DNA of 63,200 nt, counting the filler, from Hausera hauseri (Eukaryota), in NCBI GenBank assembly GCA_046269625.1. It is 11 parts of 11 records of this genome, joined end to end, with 100 filler letters (N's around TTAATTAATTAA, not from the genome) between each part and the next. Parts side by side here need not be neighbours in the genome. Positions count along the whole stretch, not along the records: positions 37,986 to 45,551 come from JBJURY010006345.1; positions 45,652 to 49,950 come from JBJURY010648886.1; positions 50,051 to 55,538 come from JBJURY010243959.1; 8 more parts are not named here. One strand, given 5' to 3'. Shown here one piece after another: positions 37,986 through 51,180 of this stretch. The position numbers and the translations under genes were made by a program. The notes beneath the pieces are model-generated. The model had not been told where the DNA came from, did no database searches, and was given only the letters and a program-made list of their open reading frames with translations. How positions within the stretch are numbered: position 1 is the stretch's first letter; every line of letters starts with the position of its first letter.

Positions 37986-40900
37986 AAAAGATAGCCGACA
38001 CATTTCTTTTGCTGTATTCACGTTGGAAGCAGCAGTCGTCACTCCAACAAAGCAAAACATTAATTTTTTATATAGACACCGGCGCAGCAATCGCTTTACT
38101 ATCACCAACACGGCACATCCAAAACAATTTCACTTCAAAAAAACAACTGTTCACTGTGTCCGGTGAACCTTTACAAACTTTGGTGTTACTAAATTAACTT
38201 TTACACTTCCAAATTTCTCAAACACATTCACTTGAAAATTTACAGTAGACAATGTACGAACACCTATATTGGGTTCAGACTTTCTGTCCCACTATAATTT
38301 ACTAGTAGACTGCAAACGATGTTCCTTAAAGAGCGGAAATAATTTTAATCAAATTAGCAGCATTTCGGTGACCACCAGGACGATCACTTCCAGCAGGTCA
38401 ATACTAAAGAAGACGACTTCCGATTGAAATTATTTTTATAATTATTCATTATATAAAAATTTTTATTACGGCAACAAATACGATATTGCCAACTGCGTGG
38501 CACCTATTACTGATAGTACAACTACCAACACCACCTTCAATACGAACATGCTGCACCTAATACCACCTTGTCACAACACCTTGTCTACAACTCATACCTC
38601 AACTGCATCCAGTCACGATGCATTGAAACAATCGGATAACTTTTCATCTTTGCCCTCTGACTTACAGCAATATATTTCGTCGTCCTGCACACGTCTGTTT
38701 CAAAAGGACAAATAATTCCGACTCCCGTGCAGCACTCTTCTTAACCACGGAGGCATAAACAACAGCTGTAGGTGCAGTGCTCCATTAATTTAAAAATGGA
38801 TCCCATGAGCCATTAGAATTCGTTTCTCAAAAATTCACGGCTCAAGAGCAAAGATATTCCACCTTTGACAGAGAGCCGCTTGCAATGGTCTTTGCCGTAA
38901 AATGCTTTAAGCATCTGCTAACTGCACGAACCTTTACCATACAAACGGACCCCAAGCCCTTGCTTCAAATTCTGACCATGAAATCGCCTTCTTCACGTCA
39001 GGAGAGGCAAATATCGTATTTGTCCACATTTAATTTTGAAATTAAGCACTTAAACGGAGTCGACAATTCAGTAGTTGACTTTTTGTCCCGATCTGTCAGC
39101 TCGATTGATTTTACACCAAATTACCCTCAATCCAAACTTCAACAAAACCAGACACCTCCTGACATCCTTACATCTTTTACATCGTGTGAAACTATCGACG
39201 GTGTGGTTTTTGACACCTCCAAACCCAATAATTCTAAAGTCATCCTTTTTGAATCGCTTCAAAAAGAAGCATTCAACAACATCCCTTCGTTGCACCATCC
39301 TGGTGCCAAGGCCACTTTTCGACTTTTACAACGCCATGTAGTATGGCCCTCGATGCGCTCTCACGTGCAGGCATGGGTTAGGCAGTGTGTGGCATGCCAA
39401 AAATACAAAGTTACTAAGCACTTAAAGCCACCACTATATCATTTTCCCTTCACGTCTCGTTTGAAATCTGTTCATATTGAACTTGTAGGACCACTACCCT
39501 TAGACAACGGCCATCAGTTTATCCTCACAATGATGGACAGATCCGCGCGATGGCCAGAGGCTGTCCCGCTTCGGAAGACCAACACAAAAACAATTACAGA
39601 CGTTTTCATCCGCACTTGGACCAACAGGTTTGGATCACCTCGCCACATCATTTCGGACCAAGGTACACAGTTCGAATCCAACCTGTTTAAAGCTCTTGTT
39701 AATCGATTAGGAATTAACCACATTCACACGTCACCATATTATCCTCAGTTGAATGGCCTTCTTGAATGCGTTCACCGAACGATGAAAACGTCACTCAAAA
39801 TACTTGCTAAGTCCAATCGACGTAGGACTACATTCCTTTCGTACGTTCTGCTTGGCTGGCGGAACACACAATCTACGTATACAGGTTTTTCACCTGCAAA
39901 AGCATTATTTGGTACTTCTACCAGATCATTATTCTAGCTGGCTGAGCTGGACAACATTCCCATAGACGAAACCATACAAGCGGCCCAGAGACACTTCATT
40001 GCGATCAGCAGACTCATTTTGTAGACTATTACACGGAAATAAACCCAACATACCCGAGGAATTAAATACTGCTAAGTTCGTAGGGATAAAGAATCAGACG
40101 CCGTGTGGTTTTCAACCTCAGTATGTTGGCCCTTAGAAAGTAATTCGCTTACACTCTCACAATATCATCATTTTCAAGGACGAAAAAGAAGTAACAGTAC
40201 ACATCAACAACGCTAAAACGGCTTTCTTCATTGACGATACGTTTCCCATCGAAACCACTTCTCCACCAACATCTTCACGCGATGCGCAGCAGTCCAACAA
40301 TTCACTTTCCATCTCTGTTCAATTCTTTAACCCACTTTCCCCAAAGATTTCTTCTAAGACTTATACTTTAATTTTTTCTGACAATCCATCCCCTTTTTTC
40401 CCATTCCGATCTTGCACCTTCCAGCCTTTTAGCACCTCCCCCATCCCCTGGTGACAACCTGCTTTCTCCTCTTACAAGACCTCCTCCGCCAAACACAACT
40501 TCGAATTCACCAATCTCTCCATCTTCATGCTCTCTTCCTTTTTGTCCCTCTTCGTCGTTTTTCCTCTCTCCCTCTCTCCTTCCTTATCGTCGGCGCTCCT
40601 TTCCTCCCTCTCTCCTCCCACAACGTCTTTTACTCCTTTCATTTCCGCTTCGCAACTTCCTTCTCTCTGTACTCTTAGCCCTATTTCTCTTCCTATCTCT
40701 ACTACTACCTCTGTTTCATCCTCTACTCTTACATTTTCACCTAATACAATTTCAATTTCTATGCAACTTTTCTTCTCTCCTTCTTCATCCGCCACTACAC
40801 CTCTCTTCAGTCCTTTGGCTTCCAACACTCTCTTGAACACCTTCAATCTCCTGTCTCCAACAATCTCTCTTCCTCATTCGCTCTCTTCTTCTATTTATTC

Positions 40901-41162
40901 TGACGCATCTTCGCACGACACAACACTCACAACAAAATCCGAAAAATTATTCCCTAACATCAAACTCCGCAAGCAAACACATCGCATAAAGACAAAACAC
41001 GCAGAGTAACATGTAGCAAGTATAGCAGTGAAAAATCAGTAGAAGGCACCAAACATCTTGTTCACACTAAGACCAACTGACACAGACACTTTTTCGTTTG
41101 GCGATTTTTTCTTTCTATGTTTTACTCTTTATAGTTTTCGCTTTGCCACGGGAGAGGGGTGA
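37986..41162 (+). mobile_element. CsRn1-like Gypsy copy with RT deleted; integrase, S/T/P tail and PPT present
   Basis: PR IDTGAAI ~38070. Jumps at ~38718 from pre-RT to RNase H. ORF 38885-39937 covers RH-integrase. PPT GGGAGAGGGGTGA at 41150-41162. Closely related to 8718-14052. Confidence 0.94.
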
Positions 41163-41275
41163 TGTGGTGCCCACCGCGGCCGGTGCCCTTTGGCCCATTT
41201 GACTGGGTACGGACGGGTGTCCCTTGCCGCCGCGTCGGGTCCATAGGCGGGCCCCGATATTCCGCCTTGAAAGAA
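41163..41275 (+). repeat. GC-rich structured terminal unit A (start of 3' LTR)
   Basis: Begins TGTGG immediately after the PPT; 75% identical to unit B. Confidence 0.85.
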
Positions 41276-41282
41276 TTCTAAA

Positions 41283-41837
41283 ATGCCGCCAGATTCTGCT
41301 TTGAAAAGCGCAGTCAGTAATCGAATGACATCAAGAAATCATCCTACAATTGAAAGGTTTAGCAAAGGAAATTATATGTTATGTGATCATAGTTTAAATG
41401 GTACAATTTTGAAAAATGAAGATATCATTTGTTTCGGTAATGTTAATGGTGCGAATATTAAAGCAGGAGAAGCCGTCACTCCATTTGCAATTGATCTCAA
41501 ATATTGTGTTGAAATTGTCAAATTTGTCCAACAGAAATCTGCGGAAAAAGCTTCCAATCAGGACTTTTTAAACTTCCTCAACGATGATATTTGTGAGAAT
41601 ATTAGTTCAGATTCTGTTCATGCTACTTGTAAAATGTTTGTTAACACTTACGGTGCTATGCCGTACAAATTGGTTACATCAGAAAGTCCACAGGATTTGT
41701 GTTCAATGAATATCGGGGATCGTTCACAGGTGCCTCTAAACATTACGAATAATGAAGTTTTGAAGTCAAAAATTCTGGAGATAAAAACTATCACCGAATT
41801 AGTGAAGAATACATTTCTACATGATCAAGCCAACTGA
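41283..41837 (+). pseudogene. FHA-domain fragment (TCF19-like), internally deleted
   Basis: SRNH..I......YMLCDHSLNGT|ILKNEDIICFG carries the FHA SRxH and SxNGT motifs. The N-terminal GR motif and the strand after NGT are missing. Confidence 0.6.
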
Positions 41838-42074
41838 CGATATCTTTTGCTCTTGTTATCTGATTCCATATTTATTCTCATTTTTGTCACCGTTTAATAG
41901 ATAACCTTTTGGGACATGATGGATTTGTGCCGTGTTAAATATGTAAAAAAAATTTGTTTTTAAAAAAAAATTTGTTGTTTTAAAGAAATAAAACAAAGTT
42001 TTTTTGAACACGCTTGAATTAATGTTAAATAATATGATGCGCCATATTTTTATCTGTCTATCAATCTTAATGGT

Positions 42075-44861
42075 TTGGGTCATTTAAAGAAAAAAATTGG
42101 AATATTAAATTTATTAAAAAGAAACAGTCTATCTTGTATTCATGATGATCTTCTGAAAGCCGTTATGTCAATCGATGAAGGTATGTCGCTTTCAGCTGCT
42201 GAGAAACTACACGTCATTCCGTGGGCAACTTTATCAGAACATTGTCATAGCAAATCCGTGAAGAGAAAATCTGAAAATGTTTTGCCTGAAATAGATGAAG
42301 AGCGTATTGCTGAATTTTTGCGTTATGCATGGGTCTGCGGATGGTCATTGGATTTGCCATTAATTAAAACCGTCAGTCCAGCTGGGAATTTTGTCCGACG
42401 TTTCGAAAAGCGTTGGGAACGTGTATTGCCTGAACAAAATGACTATATGATCAATAACGTGCGATATTCAGGAGAAACTAGTGATGCATTCGATGAATTT
42501 TTCCAATTGGTAACAAATTTCTGTGAACAGTACTCATTATAAGATGCTGTCAATCAAATTTGCTACACAGAGGAAATTTTTCCGAATACGTTAGGGAATA
42601 ATTCGGTTGGCCGTATGCGATGTTGGTCTGACGGTGTCATCATGCATGTTGACGATGGGAATTATTCCGTATTGACTTGCGGCAATGCCGATGCATCTTT
42701 CGTTATGCCACCGTTCGTTGTTTACAAAGCGAAAAATCTGCATGCGTCATGGTGCCAAGATGGACCCACTGGTACTCAATATTCCATCAGTCCAACGGGA
42801 TTTGTTGACACGATGCAGTTTGAAAATTGGGTCGCAACTCAACTCATCCCACACAAGAAAGTGCACCACGGCGACAATCCCATTCTTGTCTATCTCGAAA
42901 ATCGTAACAACAATCTCACATTCAACGTTGCATCACTTTGTCTAGAAAACGAAATAATGCTTGTCTGTTTGCCACCGAAATCTAGTCATGTTGTAAAAGT
43001 GTTCGACGCAAATTTTCTTCAACATTTCAGAGCCGTTTGGAAGGGTGTACTGACGGAATTGAAATTTCCAAAAGTGGATAAGAGTAAATTTCCATCTCTT
43101 CTCAAGTTTTTATGGGGGAAAATCAATTTCCAAATGTTGACAAGTGGATTTCGTAACTGCGGCCTGTTTCCTTTAAACAAGGAAATGGCTTTGGAAAGAT
43201 TAGTTACAGCACAGGACCAGTTGAAGTCGTCAATCGACAGTCTGACAAATGATATTCTCAATGGAACGTTGAAGCCGTCGAAACAGTTTATTGATGAAGT
43301 AAAACAGACGAATAAAAGACAAAGGAAAATACCGAGGAAATATTGTGACAGTCCAGTTTTCTCTGTGAAGAAAGAAGCCGCAAGGGAAAATCTAAAACCC
43401 ATCGTTAATCATTCTGCAGATGGCGACAGTGTTTCATCGTCATCGTCAGCAGAAAATCTGAAAGCTGCCATTTACAAAGCCATTGATTCGTCGAATTCCC
43501 ACAGCGCACAGAAACGGCTGAATACAACACACAACAAATCTCAATCAATAGACGATGTCAAAGCCGCAATTATCAAATCGATATCACATTGTGTGCGTCC
43601 AAACAATCCACAATATTCCGATGACAGCAGTATTGATGACAATTCATCAACAGAAAAATTGAAAGCTGCCATTTTAAAAGCCATGACTTCTGGCGAACTG
43701 TGTAATGCCGGCAGTGGAAAGAAACGAATCCAAGTGAAATTCTGTAATGAACTGTCGAATACAACGCAAATGAAAGCACAAATCGGCCGTCCGATTGCAC
43801 TTGATGACAGTAGCAACGTGACGAAATTCAAATCGTCCACGAGCAGATCGATAAATACCGGAAATCAGATCGGTCAGAAAAGACGGAAATCGGTAACCAA
43901 GGAAATGACGTACGACGAATTGATTGAAGAATACGCCAGTTGCAGCAACAGCAGCTGCAATTCGTCGACGGAAAATCTCAAGGCCGCCATTCTCGAATCG
44001 ATGACGCCGTCAGCATCTCGATACCGCACGGACGGGCTGGTCAACGGCGGCGGTCAGAAAAAACGTGTCCAAGTGAAATTCTGTCAAGACGCAGCATCCG
44101 AATGCCAACCGAAGAAACGGATGAAAATGGAGACCGTTCAAAATCGAAAATCAACGAACAATGTTGTCCGCAGTGATTCGTCGTCATCGTCATCAATTGA
44201 TAATTTGCGGGCAGCCATTTTGAACGCAATGACCAAACCGGCAGGCCGTAACGGTCAAAAACCCACAAACGACTCATTGAAATCCAACCCGACGAAGAGC
44301 AAATCCTCTGCAGACAATTCCAGCAAATCACCAACATCGGCACCAGCTGCAGACAATCTGAAAGCCGCCATTCTCAAATCGATGTTTTCATCGTCATTCG
44401 GCGGTGAATTTGCCATCAGGAATCAAACGAAAGATCCATCCGGTGAGGTGTTGGCTCTGGAGGAGCCGTTTGCGGTCGACTCTGATTCTGGCCATCATGA
44501 CACCGTCTGCCGCAGTTTGCCGTGTCCCACAACAAAGAAGACAATTTATTCCGGACCGATTTTGAGTATAACAGAAGATGATTACGTTGTCGTAAAGAAC
44601 GTTTCATCTGGCACCAATCCTCATCCAATTTATCACGTGGGATCTGTGTTGAATAGAGTGGAACAACCAGAATCCGGGTGGAAAATTCAGTGCCTCCAGA
44701 AGTATGATGAGGGGCCGAGTCAGTTCGTTTATCCTCCTCAGAGTCACGTTGCCTTTTATTTGGTCAATGATATCGTTCGGGTTTTGTCTCCACCAAATAT
44801 TTTGAACACAATTTATCAGTTCAATGATGACCTATCGGAGTTTGATAAATATATGAGATGA
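42075..44861 (+). CDS. pogo/CENP-B-type transposase-derived protein (HTH_psq + degenerate DDE_1 + repeated helical motif); one in-frame TAA at 42540-42542
   Basis: ORFs 42075-42542 and 42615-44861 share a frame. AVMSIDEGMSLSAAEKLHVIPWATL, SVLTCGNADASFVMPPFVVYK, CLPPKSSHVVKVFD, SGFRNCGLFPLN. True start uncertain. Confidence 0.82.
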
Positions 44862-45326
44862 TTTTATGAATTTTTCCCATCTTTCTTGTTTATACATTGA
44901 ATATATGTTTCATACTTCTACATCTCGTGTATTATCTGTCGAATAGTAGCAAAATTCTAGTCCTGGCTTACATCCTTCTCATCCCCTGCAGCCAATCAGA
45001 AGCGTGCTTGATGCGCACACAAGCACTGGCTAGGTAGAATCGGCGACGGAGATTTCAAAAACACGCCATTAAAAAGTGCACGGTCATGTGTGGCACAGAT
45101 ATGATGGGACACCAAAGGCGCATCGAAAGTCGAAGGGATGCAGCGCCGAAGCACGAGGCGAAGGAAAAAAAGTGAGCCTGTACCGGCATATGGTTCACGG
45201 AAAAACGTTATCGGTGTGTCGGCACTGGTCCCGTAACAATTGGGCAATAAGTAGCCGAACGGTAACGGAAAGACTAAAAGATAATAGCAAAAAGACTAAT
45301 TTTTATAATAAAACATTTGTACAACA

Positions 45327-45551
45327 TTACACATATTGGCTTATAAGCCATTCTATACAATAATTTCCACACAACATAGTCAATTGATTTTGATACATAA
45401 TGTTATTGTATTCCACCGGAGTAGACATTCGCTCTATTTTCGTCACCAAAGCAGCAGGGTAGTACATTCCCAACGGGTCGAAGACTCGAATAATATCTGA
45501 TCTCACATCAATAGCTATCCAATGTTCACCTGGCAGATTCGCAGTATGAGT
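45327..45551 (-). CDS. Adenain-like cysteine protease (Polinton PRO), C-terminal 74 aa
   Basis: Hand translation THTANLPGEHWIAI..VFDPLG..YQNQLTMLCGNYCIEWL*, with catalytic H, D, Q and C present. 5' end lies in the gap. Confidence 0.85.
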   Translation of the reverse strand, partial: THTANLPGEHWIAIDVRSDIIRVFDPLGMYYPAALVTKIERMSTPVEYNNIMYQNQLTMLCGNYCIEWLISQYV

Positions 45552-45651
45552 NNNNNNNNNNNNNNNNNNNNNNNNNNNNNNNNNNNNNNNNNNNNTTAAT
45601 TAATTAANNNNNNNNNNNNNNNNNNNNNNNNNNNNNNNNNNNNNNNNNNNN

Positions 45652-48600
45652 CCTACATATTACCGACCCTTCCATTGACAGCATAATACAAAAATACTTT
45701 AATGAACATGCTATCGGAACTCAAAAGCCGTCTGATTTCCTTACAACCGCAATTTCTCAACTAAGTTCCTTAGGCGTCACTCCTGCAAACAATGCCGATC
45801 TTCTTCGTCGGTATTTTCTTTCTTCCTTACCCACCTCTATCAGAGCGTTGCTTACTGTCCTAGACGATTTAACGGCACTCGAGAAACTAGCCTTACTGGC
45901 AGATAGAAGTTTCGGCAACCTACAGTCAAATAGCTCACAACCAGTAGCTGCAGCAACCGCTTATAAGCCATCACACGCAGATAACACTTTATTTTCACAA
46001 CAACTGAATATGATGCAGAAATAATTTGACACACTTCAACAAGCAATTTCTGCGATTACAGCCCAACTTAGTGATTTATCTGTGCCTCGAAGAAGTGAAA
46101 ACCGTGTTTCGCGCAATCGTAGTCTTTCCAGGCATTCCTTTCGATCCAAATCTTGAGACGGAAGAATAATTTGTTTTTATCATAACAAATTCCACAGAGA
46201 CGCAAGAAAATGTCTTTTGGGCTGTCGATTTTACGACGAACGCAATGCAGTAGACAGCCAAACCTGCATTTATCACACAAAGTATCAGTCCAAGGCTAGG
46301 TTGTCTGTGTTAGAATGCAAATATTATAAAAAGAATTTTAGTTTTTTTCCATCTTCGCCTCCTAGCTCTTATCATTCCTCTTCTTTTTCCCAACAAAGCT
46401 CAAAAAACTAACAACACCGCCAGATGCCATGGCACATTCTGGTATATGCAATGCCGTTGAATGTTCTGGGCGTCTTAACACCGCCTCTGTAGTTTTTCTG
46501 TTAAAAGCTGCATTGCTCCACAACAATGCTTCACACATAGACTTTTCCATCGATTCAGGAGCTGCCTTTTCGTTCCTTCCCTTGTCCATCACTCATATAT
46601 CCACTATAATTTCATCTCCACCACTTTTTACTGCCAGTGGTCAACCGTTGTACATCGTAGGTACCAAGGAGCTGATTTTCACATTCGCCAACTTGCCAGA
46701 TAAGTTTGTCTGGAAATTCCACGTGGCTAATATTAAATCCCCCATAAACGGCTGAGATTTTCTCGCCGCACATGATCTGCTAGTTCACTGTAAGTATCGC
46801 TGTCTTCTGCGCAGAAACTCCGTCGTGGATGCTAAGAAATATCTACCAAACAGCCCAGTAAAACTCTTGTTTTCGGCTGTAAACGCGCGTGTGAATTTGA
46901 AAACTTATTTGTGGGTTAATAACGGTACATTTAGCACTTCATCCATTTCTTCCATCACATCAAACGTATCTAAGTGGGTTTTAAAACAACCGAGTAAACG
47001 GTTGTTGATGGTGTCAGTTGCGGTTGTTCTTCATCAATACCATCCACTGTCGCTTCTAATGATATGCCTGAATCATTATCATAGCTGGATTCCAATCTGA
47101 AATCCTATATCACAACTTCTTGTTTGTGCGCACTCAGAAAGGACGTCAACATCAAGCCGCTTTCTACAACTTATAACCACATAGACACCAAACACCAAAA
47201 ACCTATCAGACAAAAGGTCAGACCACTGTCACATCGTAGGCGAAAAGCCGTTGAATCAGAGTTCAAAGAACTAGAAAAGGCCGGCATCAATCGAAGATCA
47301 AAATCACCACGGGCTTCACCATTGCATGTAGTAACAAAGAAAGATGGCACTTACAGACCATGTGGTGACTATCGGCAGTTAAACAACCTAACAGCCCTGG
47401 ATGCTTATCCTTTACCTCTCATAAAGGACATCCTGCACAGTCTTACCAATACTAACATGTACTCCACAATTGACTTGCGTAAAGCTTATCATTAAATTCC
47501 GGTTTCACCTGATAATATTCCCAAAATTGCTGTTATTTCTCCATTTGGCTTCAATGAATATATCTTTATGCCGTTTGTTTTATGCAGCACTTCCCAAACT
47601 TTTTGACGACGCATAGATACCGTTCTATCATGCATTGACTTTGTTCATCCATACATTGATGATATATTAGTTGCCTCCACATCTGGCAAACAACATCAAG
47701 AACACATCCGTATTATATTTCGCAGACTACATCATAGCAATTTGCAATTCAATTTCTCCAAGTGTCATTTCTTTCAAAAAAGTGTTAATTTCCTAGGCCA
47801 CGTGATCACTCCCCGCGGCCACTCTCCACAACCGGATCGAATACAGCAATTAAAAAACATAACGCTACCAACGAATACCACGGATATAAGGAGTTTCTTA
47901 GGCACCCCTACTTCATCCACAAATGCGTACCACATTGTTCTGAGCTTACAGCATCTTTCGCGCATTTATCATCCGGAAAAAAGAGGCAATTAATCCACTG
48001 GACTCCTGGTTTAGTCACCAAATTCTGTCACCTACGCGAAGGCCTAAAAACCGTCGAAATACTATCCTATCCAAAGCCCGACGCAGATCTTATGCTTACC
48101 ACCGATGTCTCTGCCACAGCTACCGGTGCAGTATTACACCAGATATCTAACGGCGTCGACAAACCATTAGAATTTTACTCCAGGAAACTCACACAACCCG
48201 AAAGCCGTTACTCAACATTTGACCGTGAGTTTCTCGCCATAGTTCTGGCAGTAAAACATTTCAAACATCTACTTCTCTCTATCCATTTGTTATTCAAATT
48301 GACCACAAGCCCCTCCTGCATATCATGTCGTTAAAACAGCCATTACCGAGGCAAGAACGACATATATAATACCTGTGTACATTCAGTTTTGTTTTAGAAT
48401 ACATTTCAGACACAGACAATTTGGTAGCAGATTTTCTATCGAGGTCGGTTAGCTCCATTACAGTTAAGCCGATATTCTCATCCGAAGTCTTAAAGGCAAA
48501 TCAACCGTCTGCTGACTTCCTTAGCCTTTTCAAATCCTTCGAAATCATCGGTGGTATTGCTTTTGATACGTCGAATTCAGGTAATAAAAGATCACTCTAA

Positions 48601-49950
48601 CTCCACCGTTACAAAAGCCAGCATTCCTTCATACGCATTCACTCCATCATCCGGTTTCGAAAGCAACCTTTAGCCTGTTTCAACGTCATGTAGTATGGCC
48701 ATCAATGCGCAAAGACGTACAGGGCGAGGTTGAGTAATGCGTAGCCTGTCAAAAATACAAAATCAACAAACACCTTAAACCGCCGCTCTACCACTTCCAC
48801 TGTACATCATGATCTCATGCAGTTCATCTTGATTTCGTTGGCCCTTTACCTTCTAACAACGGGTATCAATATATCCTTACTATGAGGGATCGTGTTTCTC
48901 GCTGACTTGAAGCCGTTCCTCTTTGTTCAACGAACACTGATTCAGTAGCCGACGTCTTCATAAAAATCTAGATCAGTCGTTTTGGTTCCCCACGTTATAT
49001 AATAACGGATCAAGGTCCACAATTTATATCGAAACTCTTCATATCACTTGCTAAACGCTTGTGGATATTCCATTTTCATACAACACCATATCATCCTCAA
49101 GCAAATGGCCTCCTTGAAAGGTTCCATCGAACAATGAAAATTTCTTTAAAAATCTTGGCTGACAATCATCGTAATTGGATGTCCATTCTACCATTTGTTC
49201 TATTAGGGTGGCGTAACACACCCTCAAATACTACCGGTTGTGCGCCAGCCGAGGCACTCTTTGGGACTCCAATTCGAGCTTTATTTGAACTTTCTGATCT
49301 CGACGACAATCCCACGGACAAAAACATTCGTGCAGCACAATCTTATATCGTCGAGGTCAGCTCAGACTCGTTCTGTTGTCTCTTTAACAATAACAAATCT
49401 TATATTCCGAAGGATTTGTACTCCGCCAAGTTTGTGTGGCTGAAGGATCAATCGCCTTCGGGTTTCAGACCTCAATATGTTGGCCCATACAAACTGCTGA
49501 ATCTCTCATCTCACACGGCTATCATATTACGCCAAAACAAACCTTACAACGTTCATATTTCAAATCTGTAGTCCGCTTTCTTCATTGATGACAATCTCGA
49601 TGCCAATTTTGCCTCAAATTCGAACTCAACTCTTACTCCTCACATTCCATCCTACAATTTTCTAAATTACATTTCGACGTTGCAGCAATCACTTTTCTGT
49701 TTCCCCATTTCATCATCTCCACCGCTTTCTTCACTTCCATTACCTACATCGACTGTTTCATCGCCTTCAGTTGCATTGCCTCTTTTGCTTGACATATTCT
49801 CCTCATCACCTTCATCAGTTTCATCACAAGCAACACCACACATTGAACCAGATAATCTCACCAAACTTCCATCACAAAATGTCGCTCAACAGCCAAGCAC
49901 AAATCATTCAAGTAAGGCACGCAGAGTGACATTTAGTATCTACAGCAAGG
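45652..49950 (+). mobile_element. Degraded CsRn1-like Gypsy copy (gag to post-integrase tail)
   Basis: Knuckles ~46172-46322, PR IDSGAAFS, RT RPCGDYRQLN/YIDD, RH TTDVS..RYSTFDRE, integrase YHPQANG/GPY, tail RRVTFS. Confidence 0.95.
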
Positions 49951-50199
49951 NNNNNNNNNNNNNNNNNNNNNNNNNNNNNNNNNNNNNNNNNNNNTTAATT
50001 AATTAANNNNNNNNNNNNNNNNNNNNNNNNNNNNNNNNNNNNNNNNNNNNAGAATAGGTGAATTTTATCATACGTTTGATCAAACCTTAGGAATTTCATA
50101 GCCGCAACTACACATACAGAATAAAATGAGCACGAAATCTTCCAACAGTTAATAGCGAATATTAAGCAAAGCGTTAATGATGAAAAGTTAAAAGATATG

Positions 50200-51180
50200 A
50201 TTAAATTAATAAAGGAATTTTAAAAAATCTTTGTACTTAATGATGTTGACATAGGATGTACAGATCTAGTAGAATTTCGTTTAAATTTGATAACTGATGA
50301 GAAAACCGGTAAGGAAATAGATTTGAATAGACAACCTATGCCAAAATGGTATCCATCACCACATTTATTACAAGCTGAAGTGGAAGAACAGGTGCAAGAT
50401 TGGTTAGACAAAGGAATAATGGAACCTAATCAAGCCTCCTGNNNNNNNNNNCAAAGAAAAATACTACTAAAAAAAGATTGTGTCAATTTCGTTAAATTAA
50501 ATAAGTACTTAGAGAACCATATTTATCCTATTCCTAGAATTAAAGAAATAATAAATTATATGAAAGGATTCACGTTGTTTACTGCATTGGATTTAAAATG
50601 GGGTTTTCTAAACATACCCATAACAGCAGCTAATAGATGCAAAACAGCTTTTAAAACTCACACTGGAATATGCCAATTTACAAGAATGCCGTTCGGATTG
50701 AAAACTGCCCAACATTTTTCAAGAGTGTATAAGAATAATACTAAAAAATATTAGAAGTTTGTCGTATATAGACGACATTCTAATAGCCTCTAGAACTTGG
50801 GAAGAAAGTATACATCAACTTCGAGAAGTCCTTGAGAGACTAAGAGATGCGAAGTTAAAATTAAATCCACTAAAATGAGGCTGATGTCAAACTTTAGTAA
50901 CATATTTAGGTTTTAAAATATCGGCTGAAGGAATTTNNNNNNNNNNACATAGTCGCTAAAGTATTGGAATTTCCAGCGCCAACTAATAAAAAGAAATTGC
51001 AGTGATGTCTAGGACTCATTAGATTTTACAGCATTTTCGTAGAAAACTTCGCACAAATTAATAGTGTACAATATGAATTACTGCGAAATGATAAGAAATA
51101 CATTTGGAAAGAAAAGCATCAAAACGGATTTGATATTATGAAAAAGAAAATGGTTTCTGCACCATTTCTACAATACTCCA
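50200..51180 (+). mobile_element. AT-rich Gypsy RT fragment of a different clade
   Basis: YPIPRIKE, FTALDLKWGF, KTAF, RMPFGLKTA, YIDDILIAS, APFLQY. Confidence 0.88.

Noticed and set aside
41163-41275. Hammerhead/HDV ribozyme or tRNA identity for units A-C
   Set aside because: No CTGANGA core, no convincing HDV pseudoknot and no T-loop/cloverleaf seen by eye.
42075-44861. CENP-B-like protein binding the satellite in this window
   Set aside because: Different contigs and no CENP-B box seen; purely speculative.
29084-45551. One contiguous Polinton linking pPolB and protease
   Set aside because: They are separated by synthetic spacers and lie on unrelated contigs.
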